NCBI RefSeq assembly: GCF_018350175.1 | Contig: NC_058369.1 | Location: 16,122,001 to 16,186,000 of the forward strand | DNA from: Felis catus | Taxonomy: Eukaryota | DNA: 64,000 bases | Direction of reading: 5' to 3' | Made by a program: the position numbers and the translations under genes | Notes under the pieces: model-generated | The model's input: the letters and a program-made list of their open reading frames with translations, nothing else | Database searches by the model: none | Told to the model about the DNA's origin: nothing | Part shown: piece by piece, positions 50,131 to 62,534 of the stretch | Numbering within the stretch: position 1 is the stretch's first letter | Layout: the number at the start of each line of letters is the position of its first letter

Positions 50131-50878
50131 ATTTAAAGGAAAAAAAGAGAAGAGTTGAAGACGGACATCATCACTTATAAAACGTAAGACACAAACCAGG
50201 GGTCCGTGAGCACCCTTGGATTCTTGTGCCCGGGGCATGGTCAGCGGAGGTTTTCTGGGAGACGGCCCCAGCCCCTGAGTTTCCGGAGAGGATTTGGTGG
50301 AGAAGAGCCACCAGCACAGCTGAGCCGCTCACAAAGCCAGATGGTTTTCCTCTGGGTCTCCGATCCCTTTCCCACCCTCGCCCTCTCTCTCTGGAGAGCA
50401 GGGAGACAATCCCCAGAAGGAAAGTGTCCCCCCCCCCCAGGTGTCAATCATCCCTTTCAGGGCACCGAAGACACAAACAAAGTTGATTTATCTCCCCCTA
50501 GACAGCACTTTGGACCGGAACATTTTGAGCTCAGCCGCGGGCACCAGGGCAGTTTCCTGGGAAAGACTCACAAACCAGGAGTAGGAATCTTGGGGACCCC
50601 CCGCCACAGCGGCAGCCTTTCTGGGCACCACCCACCTCTGCCACGGTCTCTCCTTCTCCATTCAGTTCCATTTCTTGCCCTAAAATGCAGATAAATTGCT
50701 AATCCACCCCCCCCCCCACCATATTCCACTGGGGATGTTTGCCAGGGTCCTGCCATGCACGGCACAGTGGGAAAGATATAAACAAGGAGGCACTGCCCCC
50801 CAGCCTCCCACCAGCAGGTGCACAAGCCCCCTCGTTCCCATTTCCCCCCACGTCCCCACGCCCACGACGGCCACCTAC

Positions 50879-51075
50879 CCGTGAGAGCGCCGCAGTCCCG
50901 GCCCCTGCCCTCTGCCTGCCAGGTAGAATCCGGGCTGTGGAGTATTGTTGACACCCACAGCAGCCACACACACTGGAGCCTCCGGCCTGTGCGCTAACGG
51001 GCTATATTTGTCAGTCGAGAATATGATCTGTAGGACATGTGCTGATAAACTATCTATCTATTCTATGTGACTCAG
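50879..51075 (-). promoter_or_regulatory. LRRC2: Candidate LRRC2 non-coding exon 1 and promoter
   Basis: The ATG exon has an acceptor, so an upstream exon is required. Donor CGG|GTAGGT at 50879/50878; AT-rich TATA/MEF2-like CAAATATAGC (51001-51010), GATA motifs and TGACTCA just upstream; CpG-richer context. Confidence 0.4.
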
Positions 51076-51412
51076 CCCGGCATGAGACAAAACACAGTTC
51101 AGAGGGGAGGGCTTGGCCCAGAGCAAACGACGAGCCGGCCAATTCGAGCCCTGTAACCCAGGATTACCGCGCCTCCCGTACAGACCGCACGGCCTTTTGT
51201 ACGCTAGCCATCCTGGAGTGCATCGAGCAAAACAGGCCAGAGAAACAGGGAAGGGGCCCCTTGCTCTTAGCACTCCAAGCTAAGAACCGAACAAAACGGG
51301 GGATCAGAAAGGGATAGGACCCAGGGAAGGTAAAACTGTTTTCCGTGTTTGAAGCCACAGACATCAGAGATCTGGATTTCCCCTTTTTTTTTCTTTTAAA
51401 TTTCCTAAAACA

Positions 51413-51652
51413 GGGGTGCCTCAGTGGCTCAGTCGGTTAAGCGCCGAGTCTTGGTTTCGGCTCAGGTCATGATCGTACGATTCGTGAGTTCAAGCCCCGT
51501 CTTGGGCTCCACGTTGATGGTGTGGAGCCTGCTTGGGATTCTCTCTCTCTCTCTCTCTCTCTCTCCCTCTCTCTCTGCCCCTCCCCTGCTCGTGCACTCT
51601 TTCTCTCTCTCTCTCAAAATAAATAAATAAACTTAAATAAATAAATAAATAA
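51413..51652 (+). mobile_element. Can-SINE
   Basis: TSD taaatttcctaaaaca. Confidence 0.9.
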
Positions 51653-52021
51653 ATTTCCTAAAACATATGTGAATTTGGGTTCTCTTTGGTGATCTTACTA
51701 ATTGGACAAAGATGCTTTGCTAAGAACCAACACTGTGACAATTTGAGGATCAGTTCATCAGGAATTGCTCTCACCTCACTGCATCCCCCACCCCCACATC
51801 CCCCCGCCCAGCCCCTACCCCTGCCTGTTCCAAGAGGTCCATATAACCCCCACTTCATGGCCACAGACTCCTCATACACTTTCATCCGAAACAGAAAAAC
51901 ACCTTTTGCCTACTATAGACAAGATAACTCTAATTACAAAATAGTTGGGTTTTGAAAGGACTATTTTCTGTGTGCAACATCTTCTATTTGTTGGCATTTA
52001 TAGTTAAATTATCATTTTATT

Positions 52022-52225
52022 GGGGTGCCTGGGTGGCTTAGTCGGTTAAGGGTCCGACTTCAGCTCAGGTCATGATCTCACAGTTCGTGAGTTTGAGCCC
52101 CTCATCAGGCTCTGTGCTGACAGCTCAGAGCCTGGAGCCTGCTTCGGATTCTGTGTCTCCCTCTCTCTCTGCCCCTCCCCTGCTCACACCCTGTCTCTCT
52201 CTCAAAAACAAATAAACATTAAACA
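52022..52225 (+). mobile_element. Can-SINE
   Basis: Flanked by atcattttatt. Confidence 0.9.
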
Positions 52226-52805
52226 ATTTGTAATGATCATTTTATTAATGCAATCCCTATCCAAATACCAACAGCATTTTTCACAGAATGAGAGCAAACA
52301 ATCTTAAAATGTGTACGGAAACACAAAAGACCCCAAGTAGCCAAAGCAATCTTGACAATGCAAACCAAAGCTGGAGGCATCACAATTCCAGACTTCAAGT
52401 TATCGTACAAAGCTATGGTCATCGAAACAGTATGGCGCTGACACAAAAGCAGACACCTAGATCAATGGAACAGAATAGAAAGACCAGAAACAAGCCCCCA
52501 GTTATATGGGCAATTAATCTTCGACAAAGCAGGAAAGAATATGCAACGGGAAAAACACAGTGTCTTCAACAAGTGGGGCTGGCAAACTGGACAGCGACAT
52601 GCAGGAGAATGAACCTGGACCACTTGCTACACCGTATACAAAAATAAACTCAAAATGGGTTCAAGACCTACATGCGAGACCTGAAACCATAAAAATCCTA
52701 GAGGACAGCACAGGCAGTAATTTCTCTGACATCAGCCCTGGCAACATTTTTCTGAGAAGGAAGGGAAGGGAAACAAGGGAGGCAAGGGCAACAAAAACAA
52801 AAATA

Positions 52806-53038
52806 GGGGCGCCTGGGTGGCGCAGTCGGTTGAGCGTCCGACTTCAGCCAGGTCACGATCTCGCGGTCCGTGAGTTCGAGCCCCGCGTCAGGCTCTGGGC
52901 TGACGGCTCGGAGCCTGGAGCCTGTTTCCGATTCTGTGTCTCCCTCTCTCTCTGCCCCTCCCCCGTTCATGCTCTGTCTCTCTCTGTCCCAAAAATAAAT
53001 AAAAACGTTGAAAAAAAAAATAAAAAAAAAAAAAAAAA
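52806..53038 (+). mobile_element. Young SINEC_Fc-type SINE inside the L1
   Basis: Diagnostic head and long A tail. Confidence 0.92.
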
Positions 53039-53691
53039 GCAAAAATAAACTATCGGCACCTCATCAGAATAAAAGCTTCTACACCATGAAGGAAATGATC
53101 AAAAAACTAAAAGGCAACCTAGGAAATGGGAGAAAATATTTGCAAATGACATATCCAATAATGGGTCAGTACTCAAAAGATATAAAGAACTGATACAACT
53201 CAACACCCCCAAAAACCAAATAATCCAATTAAAAACGGGCAGAAGACACGAACAGACATTTTCCAAAGAAGACAACCAGATGGCCAACAGACACATGAAA
53301 AGATGCTCAACATCACTGATCATCAGGGAAATACAAACCAAAGCCACAGTGAGATACCACCTCACACCTGTCTTAACGGCTAAAATCTAAAACACAAAAA
53401 AACAACGAATGTTGGTGAGGATGCAAAGAAAAGGGAACCCTCATGCGCTGTTGGTGGGAATGCAAACTGGTGCAGCCACTCTGGAGAACAGTGTGGAGGT
53501 TCCTCAAAGCATTAACAGTAGAACTACCCTACGGTCCAGTAATCACACTACTGGGTATTTACCCAAAAAATACAAAAACACGAATTCAAAGGGATACATG
53601 CACCCGCTATGTTCACAGCAGCATTATTTACAATAGCCAAATTATGGAAGCAGCCCAAGTATCCCTGGAGAGATGAATAGACAAAGAAGCA

Positions 53692-53694
<3 letters not shown>

Positions 53695-53744
<50 letters not shown>
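53695..53744. repeat. (TA)n microsatellite within the L1
   Basis: About 25 perfect units. Confidence 0.95.
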
Positions 53745-53747
<3 letters not shown>

Positions 53748-53917
53748 GGAGTATTATTTAGCCATAAAAAAGAATGAAATCTTGCCATTTGCAATGACAT
53801 GGAAAGAGCTAGAGAGTATCACGCAAAGAGAAGCCAGTCAACCAGAGAAAGACAAATAGCATTATCATTTCATTCATATGTGGAATTTAAGAAACAAAAC
53901 AAATGAGCAAAAGGAAA

Positions 53918-53948
<31 letters not shown>

Positions 53949-53953
53949 CTCTT

Positions 53954-54022
53954 GTCACTGGAATCTACTCCTGAAATCATTATTGCACTATATGCTAACT
54001 AACTTGGATGTAAATTAAAATA

Positions 54023-54057
<35 letters not shown>

Positions 54058-54120
54058 AATTTTTACACGTGATCTTAGCCAAAAGGCCGAGAAGCAATAA
54101 TAAATAAAATTTTTTTAAAA
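53954..54120 (+). mobile_element. Severely 5'-truncated young felid L1 3' end with (TAAA)n tail
   Basis: tcactggaatctactcctgaaatcattattgcactatatgctaactaacttggatgtaaattaaaa plus tail; TSD AAGAAA(C/T)AGACTCTT at 53939-53953 and 54121-54135. Confidence 0.8.
54064..54098 (-). pseudogene. 3'-truncated U2 snRNA retropseudogene (about nt 1-35)
   Basis: Reverse complement ATTGCTTCTCGGCCTTTTGGCTAAGATCACGTGTA vs U2 5' end ATCGCTTCTCGGCCTTTTGGCTAAGATCAAGTGTA (2 mismatches); flanked by AATAAATAAAATTT on both sides. Confidence 0.9.
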
Positions 54121-54225
54121 AAGAAATAGACTCTTAACGATAGAGAACACACTGATGGTTAACCAGAGGGGAGGCACATGGAGGGGATGGGTGAAATAGG
54201 TGATAGGGATTATGAGGACACTTAT

Positions 54226-54442
54226 GGGACGCCTGGGTGGCTCAGTCGGTTGAGCGTCGGACTTTGGTTCAGGTCATGATCTCGTGGTTTGTGAGTCTGA
54301 GCCCCGCGTCGGGCTCTGTGCTGACAGCTCGGAGCCTGGAGCCTGCTTCCGATTCTGTGTCTCCCTCCCTCTCTGCCCCTACCCCATTTGTGCTCTCTCT
54401 CTCTCTCAAAATAAATAAACATTTAAAAATTTAAGAAAAAAA
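54226..54442 (+). mobile_element. Can-SINE inside the L1 3'UTR
   Basis: TSD gag(g/t)acactta. Confidence 0.9.
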
Positions 54443-54612
54443 GAGTACACTTACGATGAGCACTGAGTAATGGTGTAGAGAATTGTTGAATCACTATATT
54501 GCACATCTGAAACTAATATAACACCACATGTTACCTATATTGGAATTAAAATATTTTAAGTTTTTTTTATTTTACTAGGCAAAAAAAAATCTTAATAAAT
54601 TATCATTAAAAA

Positions 54613-55342
54613 TGTTTTTATTGGTTATTTTTGAGAAAGAGAGAGAGAGAGAGAGAGAGGAGTGCAGGGGAGGGGCAGAGAGAGAGGGAGACACAGAATC
54701 CCAAGCAGGTTCCAGGCTCTGAGCTGTCAGCAGAGTCCGTCTCGGGGCTCAAACCTAAGAACTCTGAGATCATGACCTGAGCCAAAGTCAGACGCTTAAC
54801 TGAGCCACCCAGGTGCCCCAATAAATTATCCTTTTAAATTGTATACCAAGTTGATGAGAATCAGATAAATCTTTGCAACAATATACTTTTTTAATGTTTT
54901 GTTTATTTTTGAGAGAGAGAGCAGGTGAACAAGGGAGGGCCAGAGAGAGAGGGAGACAGAGGATCTAAAGTGGGCTCTGGGCTGACAGCAGAGAACCCAG
55001 TTCAGGGCTGGAACCCGCAAACCACGAGATCATGACCCGAGCCAAAGTCAGACGCTTAACCAACTGAGCCACCCAGGTGCCCCAAATCCTTGCGACAATA
55101 TTAAATCATACCAATCACGGGGGCGCCTGGGTGGCGCAGTCGGTTAAGCGTCCGACTTCAGCCAGGTCACGATCTCACGGTCCGTGAGTTCGAGCCCCGC
55201 GTCGGGCTCTGGGCTGACGGCTCAGAGCCTGGAGCCTGTTTCCGATTCTGTGTCTCCCTCTCTCTCTGCTCCTCCCCCGTTCATGCTCTGTCTCTCTCTG
55301 TCCCAAAACTAAATAAGCGTTGAAAAAAATTAAAAAAAAAAA
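54613..55342. mobile_element. Cluster of three Can-SINEs: - (54613-54819), - (54886-55083), young + (55120-55342)
   Basis: The last has TSD aaatcataccaatcacg. Confidence 0.9.
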
Positions 55343-55711
55343 ATCATACCAATCACGTGTTGGATGTGCTTCTCATTACTTAGAATTTGTCCGGTATCTT
55401 TCTCCTTTGATACATAATGTAAGTTACCTATTTAGTCATGGTTTCATTTGGTTTTTTGTTTTGTTTATGATATTCTGAACCAAAGAATATAAATTGAAAA
55501 AGGTAGCTGCAGTTCAAACACGGCTTAAATACTTTTTCAATTTATAAGAGGGCTACATATTCAAAAGCTCGATCATATTTAAAGGGGGAAATATTGCCCC
55601 CACCCCCAAACACATTCAAATACAATGGCTTCCTTTATGATGCCAGGGTTAGAGAAGCAAGCCACTGCTTAGCCCAGGCTCCTTAGTCTATAATGTGCAC
55701 CCAACTAGGAC

Positions 55712-55887
55712 TCAGGAATTTAGCAAATAAAAATACTTTCAAGTTACGTTTGAATTTTGGACAAACCACAAGTCATTTTTTAATATGAGTATGTTTCTAA
55801 TGTTGCATGAGTCATACTTAAAAATTATTTGTGGTTTATCTGAAATTTAAATATGACTGGGTGTCCTGTATTTTATCTGGCAACCCT
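55712..55887. mobile_element. MER53-like hAT MITE
   Basis: ctgggtgtcctgtattttatctggcaaccct terminus with atttagcaaataaaaatac at the other end. Confidence 0.65.
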
Positions 55888-56419
55888 CCACCCAAACCAC
55901 CTAGGATCTTACCGAAACGCAGAGTCTGACGCAGGAGGCCAGAGAGGGGCCGAGAGTCCGTCTCTCTAATAAGCCGCAGGCGATGCCAAAGCTCCTGGTC
56001 TGGGAGGACCACACCACAAGTGGCCCTAAGGACGTGGAATTAGCACAGTCTGGTGCAGTGGTACCTGGGACTGGCTCCTTGGGGGCTTGGCCTGGGTGGA
56101 CCCCTTCCCGCTGGGAGGTTCTGACTCAGTAAGTCTGGGGTGAGGTCCAGTGGTCCATATTCCAGCATGTTCCACAGAGCCTCTCATTCACAGGTAGCGA
56201 TATGAATCAGGAAGTATTTTAAAGCACAAAATGCACTTCTGTTAATACAAGGAATTGTTATTATCGTTTTGCACTCACCGTGTGCAGATGGCCGCATCTC
56301 TCGGCTGTGTCCAGAAAGCATTTCCAGCTTCTGAGCTTCCCGGGGGCAGCACGTAAGACTGTGGCCTGTGGTCTTCACCCGCCCGTGTCCCCCTGAGTCC
56401 CTGACTCTCGCATGGTCTT

Positions 56420-56842
56420 TGTTTTGGTTTTTTTAAATGTCTTTTATTTATTTTTGAGACAGAGACAGAGCATGAGCGGGGGAGGGGCAGAGAGAGAGGG
56501 AGACACAGAATCTGAAAACAGGCTCCAGGCTCTGAGATGTCAGTACAGAGCCCCACGTGGGGCTCGAACTCACGGACCATGAGATCATGACCTGAGCAAA
56601 GTCGGACGTTTAACCGACTGAGCCACCCAGGCACCCTAAGTTTTCTTTTTTTTAATGTTTATTTATTTTTGAGAGAGAGAGAGTGAGTGGGGGAGGGGCA
56701 GAGAGAGAGAGAGACGCACACAGAATCCGAAGCAGGCTCCAGGCTCTGAGCTGTCAGCACAGAGCCTGACCCGGGGCTTGAACCCATGAACCAAGAGATT
56801 ATGACCTGAGCCGATGTCAGACGCTCAACCAACGGAGCCGCC
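56420..56842 (-). mobile_element. Two tandem antisense Can-SINEs (56420-56636, 56641-56842)
   Basis: Two T-tail/(AG)n/head units. Confidence 0.88.
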
Positions 56843-57367
56843 AGACGCTTGTTCGTGCAGTTCAGCCCCCAGGGGCCTGGGAGCCTCTCACGACATCCAC
56901 AGACCACAGCTTCAGCGTCTCCAGGGGAGGCCTACATCTCTGCCTCGTGTGTGAGGGGGTCCCACACGCAAGCACACCCAGGCACCCCCAGGGACCAACT
57001 CCATTCCTCACCTCCATTCTGTGGGGACACTGAGTCACACGTACCGCGAAGCCTTCTTCCAAGGAAACCTCTGGTGTCACAAGCCTGTCATTCCCGTTTC
57101 GTGACACAATGATAGAAGGATGAAAACCCCCAAATGCTATCAACTGTTTCATTCTACTTCGGCGACCATTGCAAAATGCTTCCCACTGACGTAGGGGTGC
57201 GCGGTGAGGGCCCAATTCACCTGCCCCGGCCCTAGAAGCCTCAAGCACGGCGCCCCGGGCTGAGGAAGGCTTCCCTGGCCCTCGTCTTATAGTATCATAC
57301 TAACTACGTAATCAAATGCTACTCTCTGGGATCAATTGGGCTAAATTAAAATATATTACGGAAGATA

Positions 57368-57565
57368 ATTTTTTTAATGTGTATTTATTTATTTTGAGAG
57401 ACAGAGAGAACGAGCGAGGGAGGGAGGGGCAGAAAGAGAGGGAGAGAGAGAGTCCCAAGCCGGCTCTGCGCTGACAGCGGGACTGGATCTCACGAAACAT
57501 GAGGGCATGGCCTGAGCTGAAATCAAGAGTCGGATGCTCAACCGACTGAGCCACCCAGGCTCCCC
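57368..57565 (-). mobile_element. Can-SINE
   Basis: Antisense SINE. Confidence 0.87.
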
Positions 57566-58085
57566 ATGAAAGTTAATTTTACCCGATTCTCTGCACTTTG
57601 CCGAGGTGGCTAGCCAGAAAAGTGAAAATCCCACGTGAGGCTGGCGTGGCATTTCTATTGGGCTGCACGCCCCAAAGAACAGAGCCTAGACCCGGGTGAC
57701 CCCAGCGGGCCATCCTGACGGCCGCTCCCCTCACCACCAGCATGGGCCACAGAGAGCGCTGAGAACCCGGGATCGGAAAGTGGCACCCTCTCGAAGACTT
57801 TCACGGGGTTAGTGTTCCTCTGGGAGGAGGCCAAACCTCTTCACAAATACAATTATTCAACGGCAAGAGGCCAGAACTCAGATCTGTGCCAGGTCCACCG
57901 CAGGGAGTCGCGTCATCTGTCATCTGTACGTCGGACGAGAACAAACAGCCCTGTGGTCCACCGGCAGTCAGTGTTGCTGACCAGCGCCCCCTGGAGGAGA
58001 ACTTTGCCAATGCATCGGCTCTCTAGAAACTCAGGGATGCTTTGATGGTTCCCACTCAGCCAATCTGTAATTATCAAGAACGTCA

Positions 58086-58302
58086 GGGGCGTCTGGGTGG
58101 CTCAGTCGGTTAAGCGGCCGACTTCAGCTCAGGTCATGATCTCGCGGTCTGTGAGTTTGAGCCCCGCGTCAGGCTCTGTGCTGACAGCTCAGAGCCTTGA
58201 GCCTGTTTCAGATTCTGTGTCTCCCTTCCTCTCTGACCCTTCCCCGTTCATGCTCTGTCTCTCTCTGTCTCAAAAATAAATAAATGTTTAAAAAAAAAAA
58301 AA
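58086..58302 (+). mobile_element. Can-SINE
   Basis: Head, (CT)n and A-tail. Confidence 0.9.
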
Positions 58303-58749
58303 GAGGAAACACACAAAGTCAAGACAAAGTGACAAAACACACACAAATAATTGCTCACACTCTTTGGGTGCCTACTATAGGCCAGGCACACACAAATAAT
58401 TGAGTTTTGGGTGCCTACTATAGGCCAGGCACAGTTCTAGGTGCTTTATAACATATCTAACCTTGGAAAATACCAAAACAAAACAGGAAATAAAATGTAC
58501 TGCTGTCCTTAACGTGGCAGAAATGACATTCAGCGTTTTCTGTTCTCTGGTCACATGCTGGCCACGAGACACTGGCAGCGAAGCACTACTCCGTTCATTT
58601 CGCTGACCAAGCTCCGAGGCCCAAGGATTCCCTGTTCTCAGGTGGACACGGACCCCGGTCTCAGGCCTGTGATGCACAACGCCAGTGACCTTTCTGACAT
58701 ACTGTATGGTGTCCAGAAGACTGTTTGTGCTTATTTTATACACGAATCT

Positions 58750-58807
58750 CTTTTTTCTTTTTTTCTTAAGGTTATTTATTTATATTTGGGAAAGAGAGCG
58801 GGGGAGG

Positions 58808-58841
<34 letters not shown>

Positions 58842-58966
58842 CCCAAGCAGGCTCTGCATTGTGAGCATGGAGCCCGATGCGAGGCTCGAACTCACAAACC
58901 ATGAGATCATGACCTGAGCTGAAATCAAGAGTCGGACGCTTAACTGACTGAGCCACTCAGGTGCCC
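58750..58966 (-). mobile_element. Can-SINE
   Basis: TSD gaatctcttttt. Confidence 0.9.
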
Positions 58967-59767
58967 TGAATCTCTTTTTCCTATGCGCTTAAAATGCATG
59001 ACCACTCCCTCCCCGACCCCATCGAATCCCGGCAGACCCTGCAGACTCCACCTTCTCGCCCTCATCCATATCTGCCACTTCTCCAGGCGCACAGCTGAGC
59101 ATCACTCGAGGCCTCTGCGTTTCCCGGCTGCTCTATTGCAACAGTCACCTGCAAGAACTTGTTACCAGCCTTAGGTCCCCCTGACGCCAAAGAGACGCCC
59201 CCTAAACACGCAGACCAGCTCAGGTCACTCTCCTGCTTGATTCTTCATAGTGCTACATCGAAAGGCAGAATTCATGGGGTACCCGGTCTCTGGGACCCTC
59301 CCCCTGCTGGCCTCCCCCTGCCACTAACGTCACCGTCACCGGCCCCCATCACACTTCTCCAGCTCCGCCTGCCCTTCCAGCTTTCTCCTTCAGCCAGGCC
59401 GTCATGCTTCTGCGCCTTCGCTCTGCAAGTGCCTGTTCCCCTGTCCGACTCCTCCGCCCCCTAGAAAAGTGGCCCCTCACTTCTTCCTGCCACCGCAGCA
59501 TCATTAACACGGACTCCCTAACGTTGATGAAACGTGCTTAATTACATGTCCATTTCCTCTTGACTGTGACGGCCTGAGGATGGAAACCATCGTTTGTTTG
59601 AATCCTGAAAGGCATCACGCCTCACTCGTTACCTGGCACACGGTAGGAGTGAAGAGTGAATGAATGTGGGACCATCGGTCCACCTGCCTCAGGAGGGAGA
59701 GAGAGATAGAAAGGCAGTGACATATGTCAAGTGCCTACATATGCCGCAACTCTAGTAGGTGTTTATC

Positions 59768-59999
59768 TTTTTTCTTAATGTTTATTTATTTATTTTGAGG
59801 GGAGGCAGAGAGAGAGAGAGAGAGAGAGAGCACGAACAGGGGAGGGCCAGAGAGAAAGGAAGAGACAGAATCCCAAGCAGGCTCTGCACTGTCACTGCAG
59901 AGCCCGGCATGGGGCTCAATCCCACGACTATGACATCATGACCTGAACCTAAATCAAGTCAGATGCGTAACCCTTAACCGGCTGAGCCACCCAGGCGGC
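59768..59999 (-). mobile_element. Can-SINE
   Basis: TSD tagtaggtgttt(t)atct. Confidence 0.88.
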
Positions 60000-60704
60000 C
60001 TGATAGTAGGTGTTTTATCTGATAAAGATAAGATAAAAGACAGCTTAAAAATATAAGAAGACTGTAGTTGGGCATCTCTGTGGGGCAGGTGTTCATATGC
60101 CAATTTTATGAGGATAATGCAGGATGACGAAGCTGGGGTTTAGTAACCTCTTCAAAGCAGGTTAAATGTATGCACTCACCTTCCTCCTTTCACCGGCATT
60201 AAACATATTTGTTGAGAAACTCCAAGAAGCATGGCCTTGGGTGTTGGCATCAGTCTGGCACAGCGTGACCTAGAACATGGACGAAAAGAACATCTGCAAA
60301 TACTCCTTCATAAACAAGGTCCACGTCAATGGCCAATCTTGATCCAACTACACCTGAGCCTGTATAGAGCCGGGGGGAGGTGGGGGGTGGGGGTGGGATC
60401 CGCTCAGGAACACCTGAATGGCTTATCTAGAGACTGGATAAGACAATGGACTTGAGATCTGGTGATTTTCATGAGTGGATAAGGAAAAAGGTAAATACAT
60501 ATTCAGAAACCGAGATGGGAAAAATGCCCTTTTTTCCCCCTATTAATAAAATCTTGAATTCACCATAGCCTTGTTCTAGCCTGAAGGATCCAGTTCCGGA
60601 CCAGCTAGTCTGCTTGGTGTCCTGTGCTGTCTTTCCGATTAAGTCCCCTTGTGGCCTTAACGCTGTCAGATTTATCGTCAGTGTGTCTGTTCACATACTG
60701 TCTC

Positions 60705-61285
60705 CGTCTGTTCAGGCTGCTGTAATAAAGCACTGTAGACGGGGTGGCGTATACACAGCAGAAATCCATTTCTCACAGCTCTGGAAGCTGGAAGTCCAAG
60801 GTCAAGTTGCCAGCATGGTTGAGGGGTGGCCCTGTTCCAGGTGGCAGACTTCTCATTGTTGACCTTGTATCCGATACCGTTGTGAAATCTACTTATGTAA
60901 GTTTGCTAAGACTGCCATAGCAAATACCACAGACTGAGGGCCTTAAACATCAGATAGGTCTTTTCTCACAGTGCTGGAGGCTAGAGGTCCAAGATCAAGG
61001 CGTCGGCAGGTCTGGTTTCTTCTGAGGCTTCTCTTCTTGGCTTGCAGATGGGCATCTTCTCCCCGGGTGCTCTCGGGATCCTCCCTCTGTGTGTGCACAC
61101 GCCTCTGCCCTAATCTCCTCTTCTTACAAGGACACCCGTCATACTGGGTTAGGGCCCATTCATGTGAGATCACTTTACCTTAACCGCCTCACCAAAGGCC
61201 CTGTTTCCAACACTCATTTCTGAGTTAGTACGGGTTAGGACTTCGACATATACATTTTGGGACAACTCAATTATGCTCAGAACAC
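60705..61285. mobile_element. Two MaLR MLT1-type LTR fragments
   Basis: tctcacagctctggaagctggaagtccaaggtcaag and ctcacagtgctggaggctagaggtccaagatcaagg...gggttaggacttcgacata. Confidence 0.75.
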
Positions 61286-61363
61286 TTATCAAGCCCCACA
61301 GTTCATCTCTAGATTATTTTGGGTTGTCTACATGTAGAATCATGTTATTGGTGAATAATATAT

Positions 61364-61398
61364 TGTGTGTGTGTGTGTGTGTGTGCGTGTGTGTGTGT
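61364..61398. repeat. (TG)n microsatellite
   Basis: One CG interruption. Confidence 0.9.
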
Positions 61399-61532
61399 AT
61401 TCTACAAGAAGAGACAGAGACTAACCAAACAGAATAAGGCAACAGAATAAGACATTAAAAAACAAGCAAACAAACAAACAGAAATCTCACAACATGTGAA
61501 CAAATGATTCCTGATGAAAACAACATTGTAGA

Positions 61533-61740
61533 GGGGCCTCTGGGTGGCTTAGTCGGTTAAGCGTCCAACTTCAGCTCAGGTCATGATCTCACGGTCCATG
61601 GGTTCGAGCCCCACAACCGGCTCTGTGCTGTAACAGCTCAGAGCCTGGAGCCTGCTTCGGATTCTGTCTCCCTCTCTCTCCACCCCTCTCCGGCTCACGC
61701 TCTTTCTCTCTCAAAATAAATAAAAATGTAAAAAAGAAAA
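61533..61740 (+). mobile_element. Can-SINE
   Basis: TSD cattgtagag. Confidence 0.9.
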
Positions 61741-61779
61741 TGGCATTGTAGAGCGGAAATGTAAGAATGATCTTTTCCA

Positions 61780-62370
61780 TAAGCGGTGTTGAGTCTTTGT
61801 GCAGATTCAGTGCAATGGATATTATACAGGGATGAATATGAGCGAAGTTCTACACGCAGCATGGACGGATCTCACCTGCATGATGTTGAGCAGAGAGAAG
61901 CAGACATACATACTCACTTATGATCACATAAAGTTCCAAACCCTGGAGAAACCAATCTTTGGGATTAGGAATGAGAAAAGTAGTCGGCTTTCGGGAACTG
62001 GGAAGTGGATTTCTGGGGTTCTAGTAATATTCTTATTATTTTTTTAAAAACTTCTTAATGTTTATTTTTGAGAGAGACAGAGACAGAGTGCGAGCGGGGG
62101 AAGGGTAGACACAGAATCTGAAGCCAACTCCAGGCTCTGAGCGGTCAGCACAGAGCCCAACGCAGGGCTCGAACCTATGAACCGTGAGATCATGACCTGA
62201 GCCGAAGTCGGGCGCTTATCCGACTGAGCCACCCAGGCGCCCCAAGCAATAGCCTTATTCTTGACCTAGGTAGTAGTTATGTGGCACTCTGGAATCATCT
62301 ATTAACCTATAGCCCTTGTTTTTTTGTACATGTTTATGAATGCATGATAAACTTCAATTTAAAAAAAGTC
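61780..62370 (+). mobile_element. Old L1 (L1ME-type) 3' end, split by a SINE
   Basis: catggacggatctcac...atgttgag...tgatcacataaagttc...cttcaatttaaaaaa. Confidence 0.6.
62038..62243 (-). mobile_element. Can-SINE
   Basis: Antisense SINE. Confidence 0.88.
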
Positions 62371-62534
62371 TGAAAGTGTTTGCATTCCTTCTATATCGCT
62401 GTGTAAGAAATTCTCACAAACTTACTGGGTTAACACAACTTCCATCGATTATGGATCACAATTACCGTAGGTCAGAAGTCCAGCCTGGCTCGGACGGTTT
62501 CCAGAGCTGGGCACGCTTCAGAGCGCCCAGGGTC

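Larger units (their letters stand above)
52237..54552 (+). mobile_element. Carnivore LINE-1 fragment (ORF2 3' part plus 3'UTR), interrupted by SINEs, (TA)n, an L1 stub and a U2 fragment
   Basis: L1 ORF2-type peptides ([45 protein letters not shown]) and a typical L1 3'UTR ending in an A-rich tail. Confidence 0.92.

Noticed and set aside
52237..53676. L1 ORF2-like peptides as an active retrotransposon
   Set aside because: 5'-truncated, frameshifted and interrupted by a SINE; non-autonomous fossil.
54064..54098. Functional U2 snRNA gene
   Set aside because: Only ~35 nt present; no Sm site, 3' stem-loops or snRNA promoter context; flanked by a TSD.
654..62243. Many 60-110-aa ORFs such as MAQSVKRPTSAQVMIS... 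and tRNA-like heads
   Set aside because: They derive from tRNA-related Can-SINEs; they are neither protein genes nor functional tRNAs.
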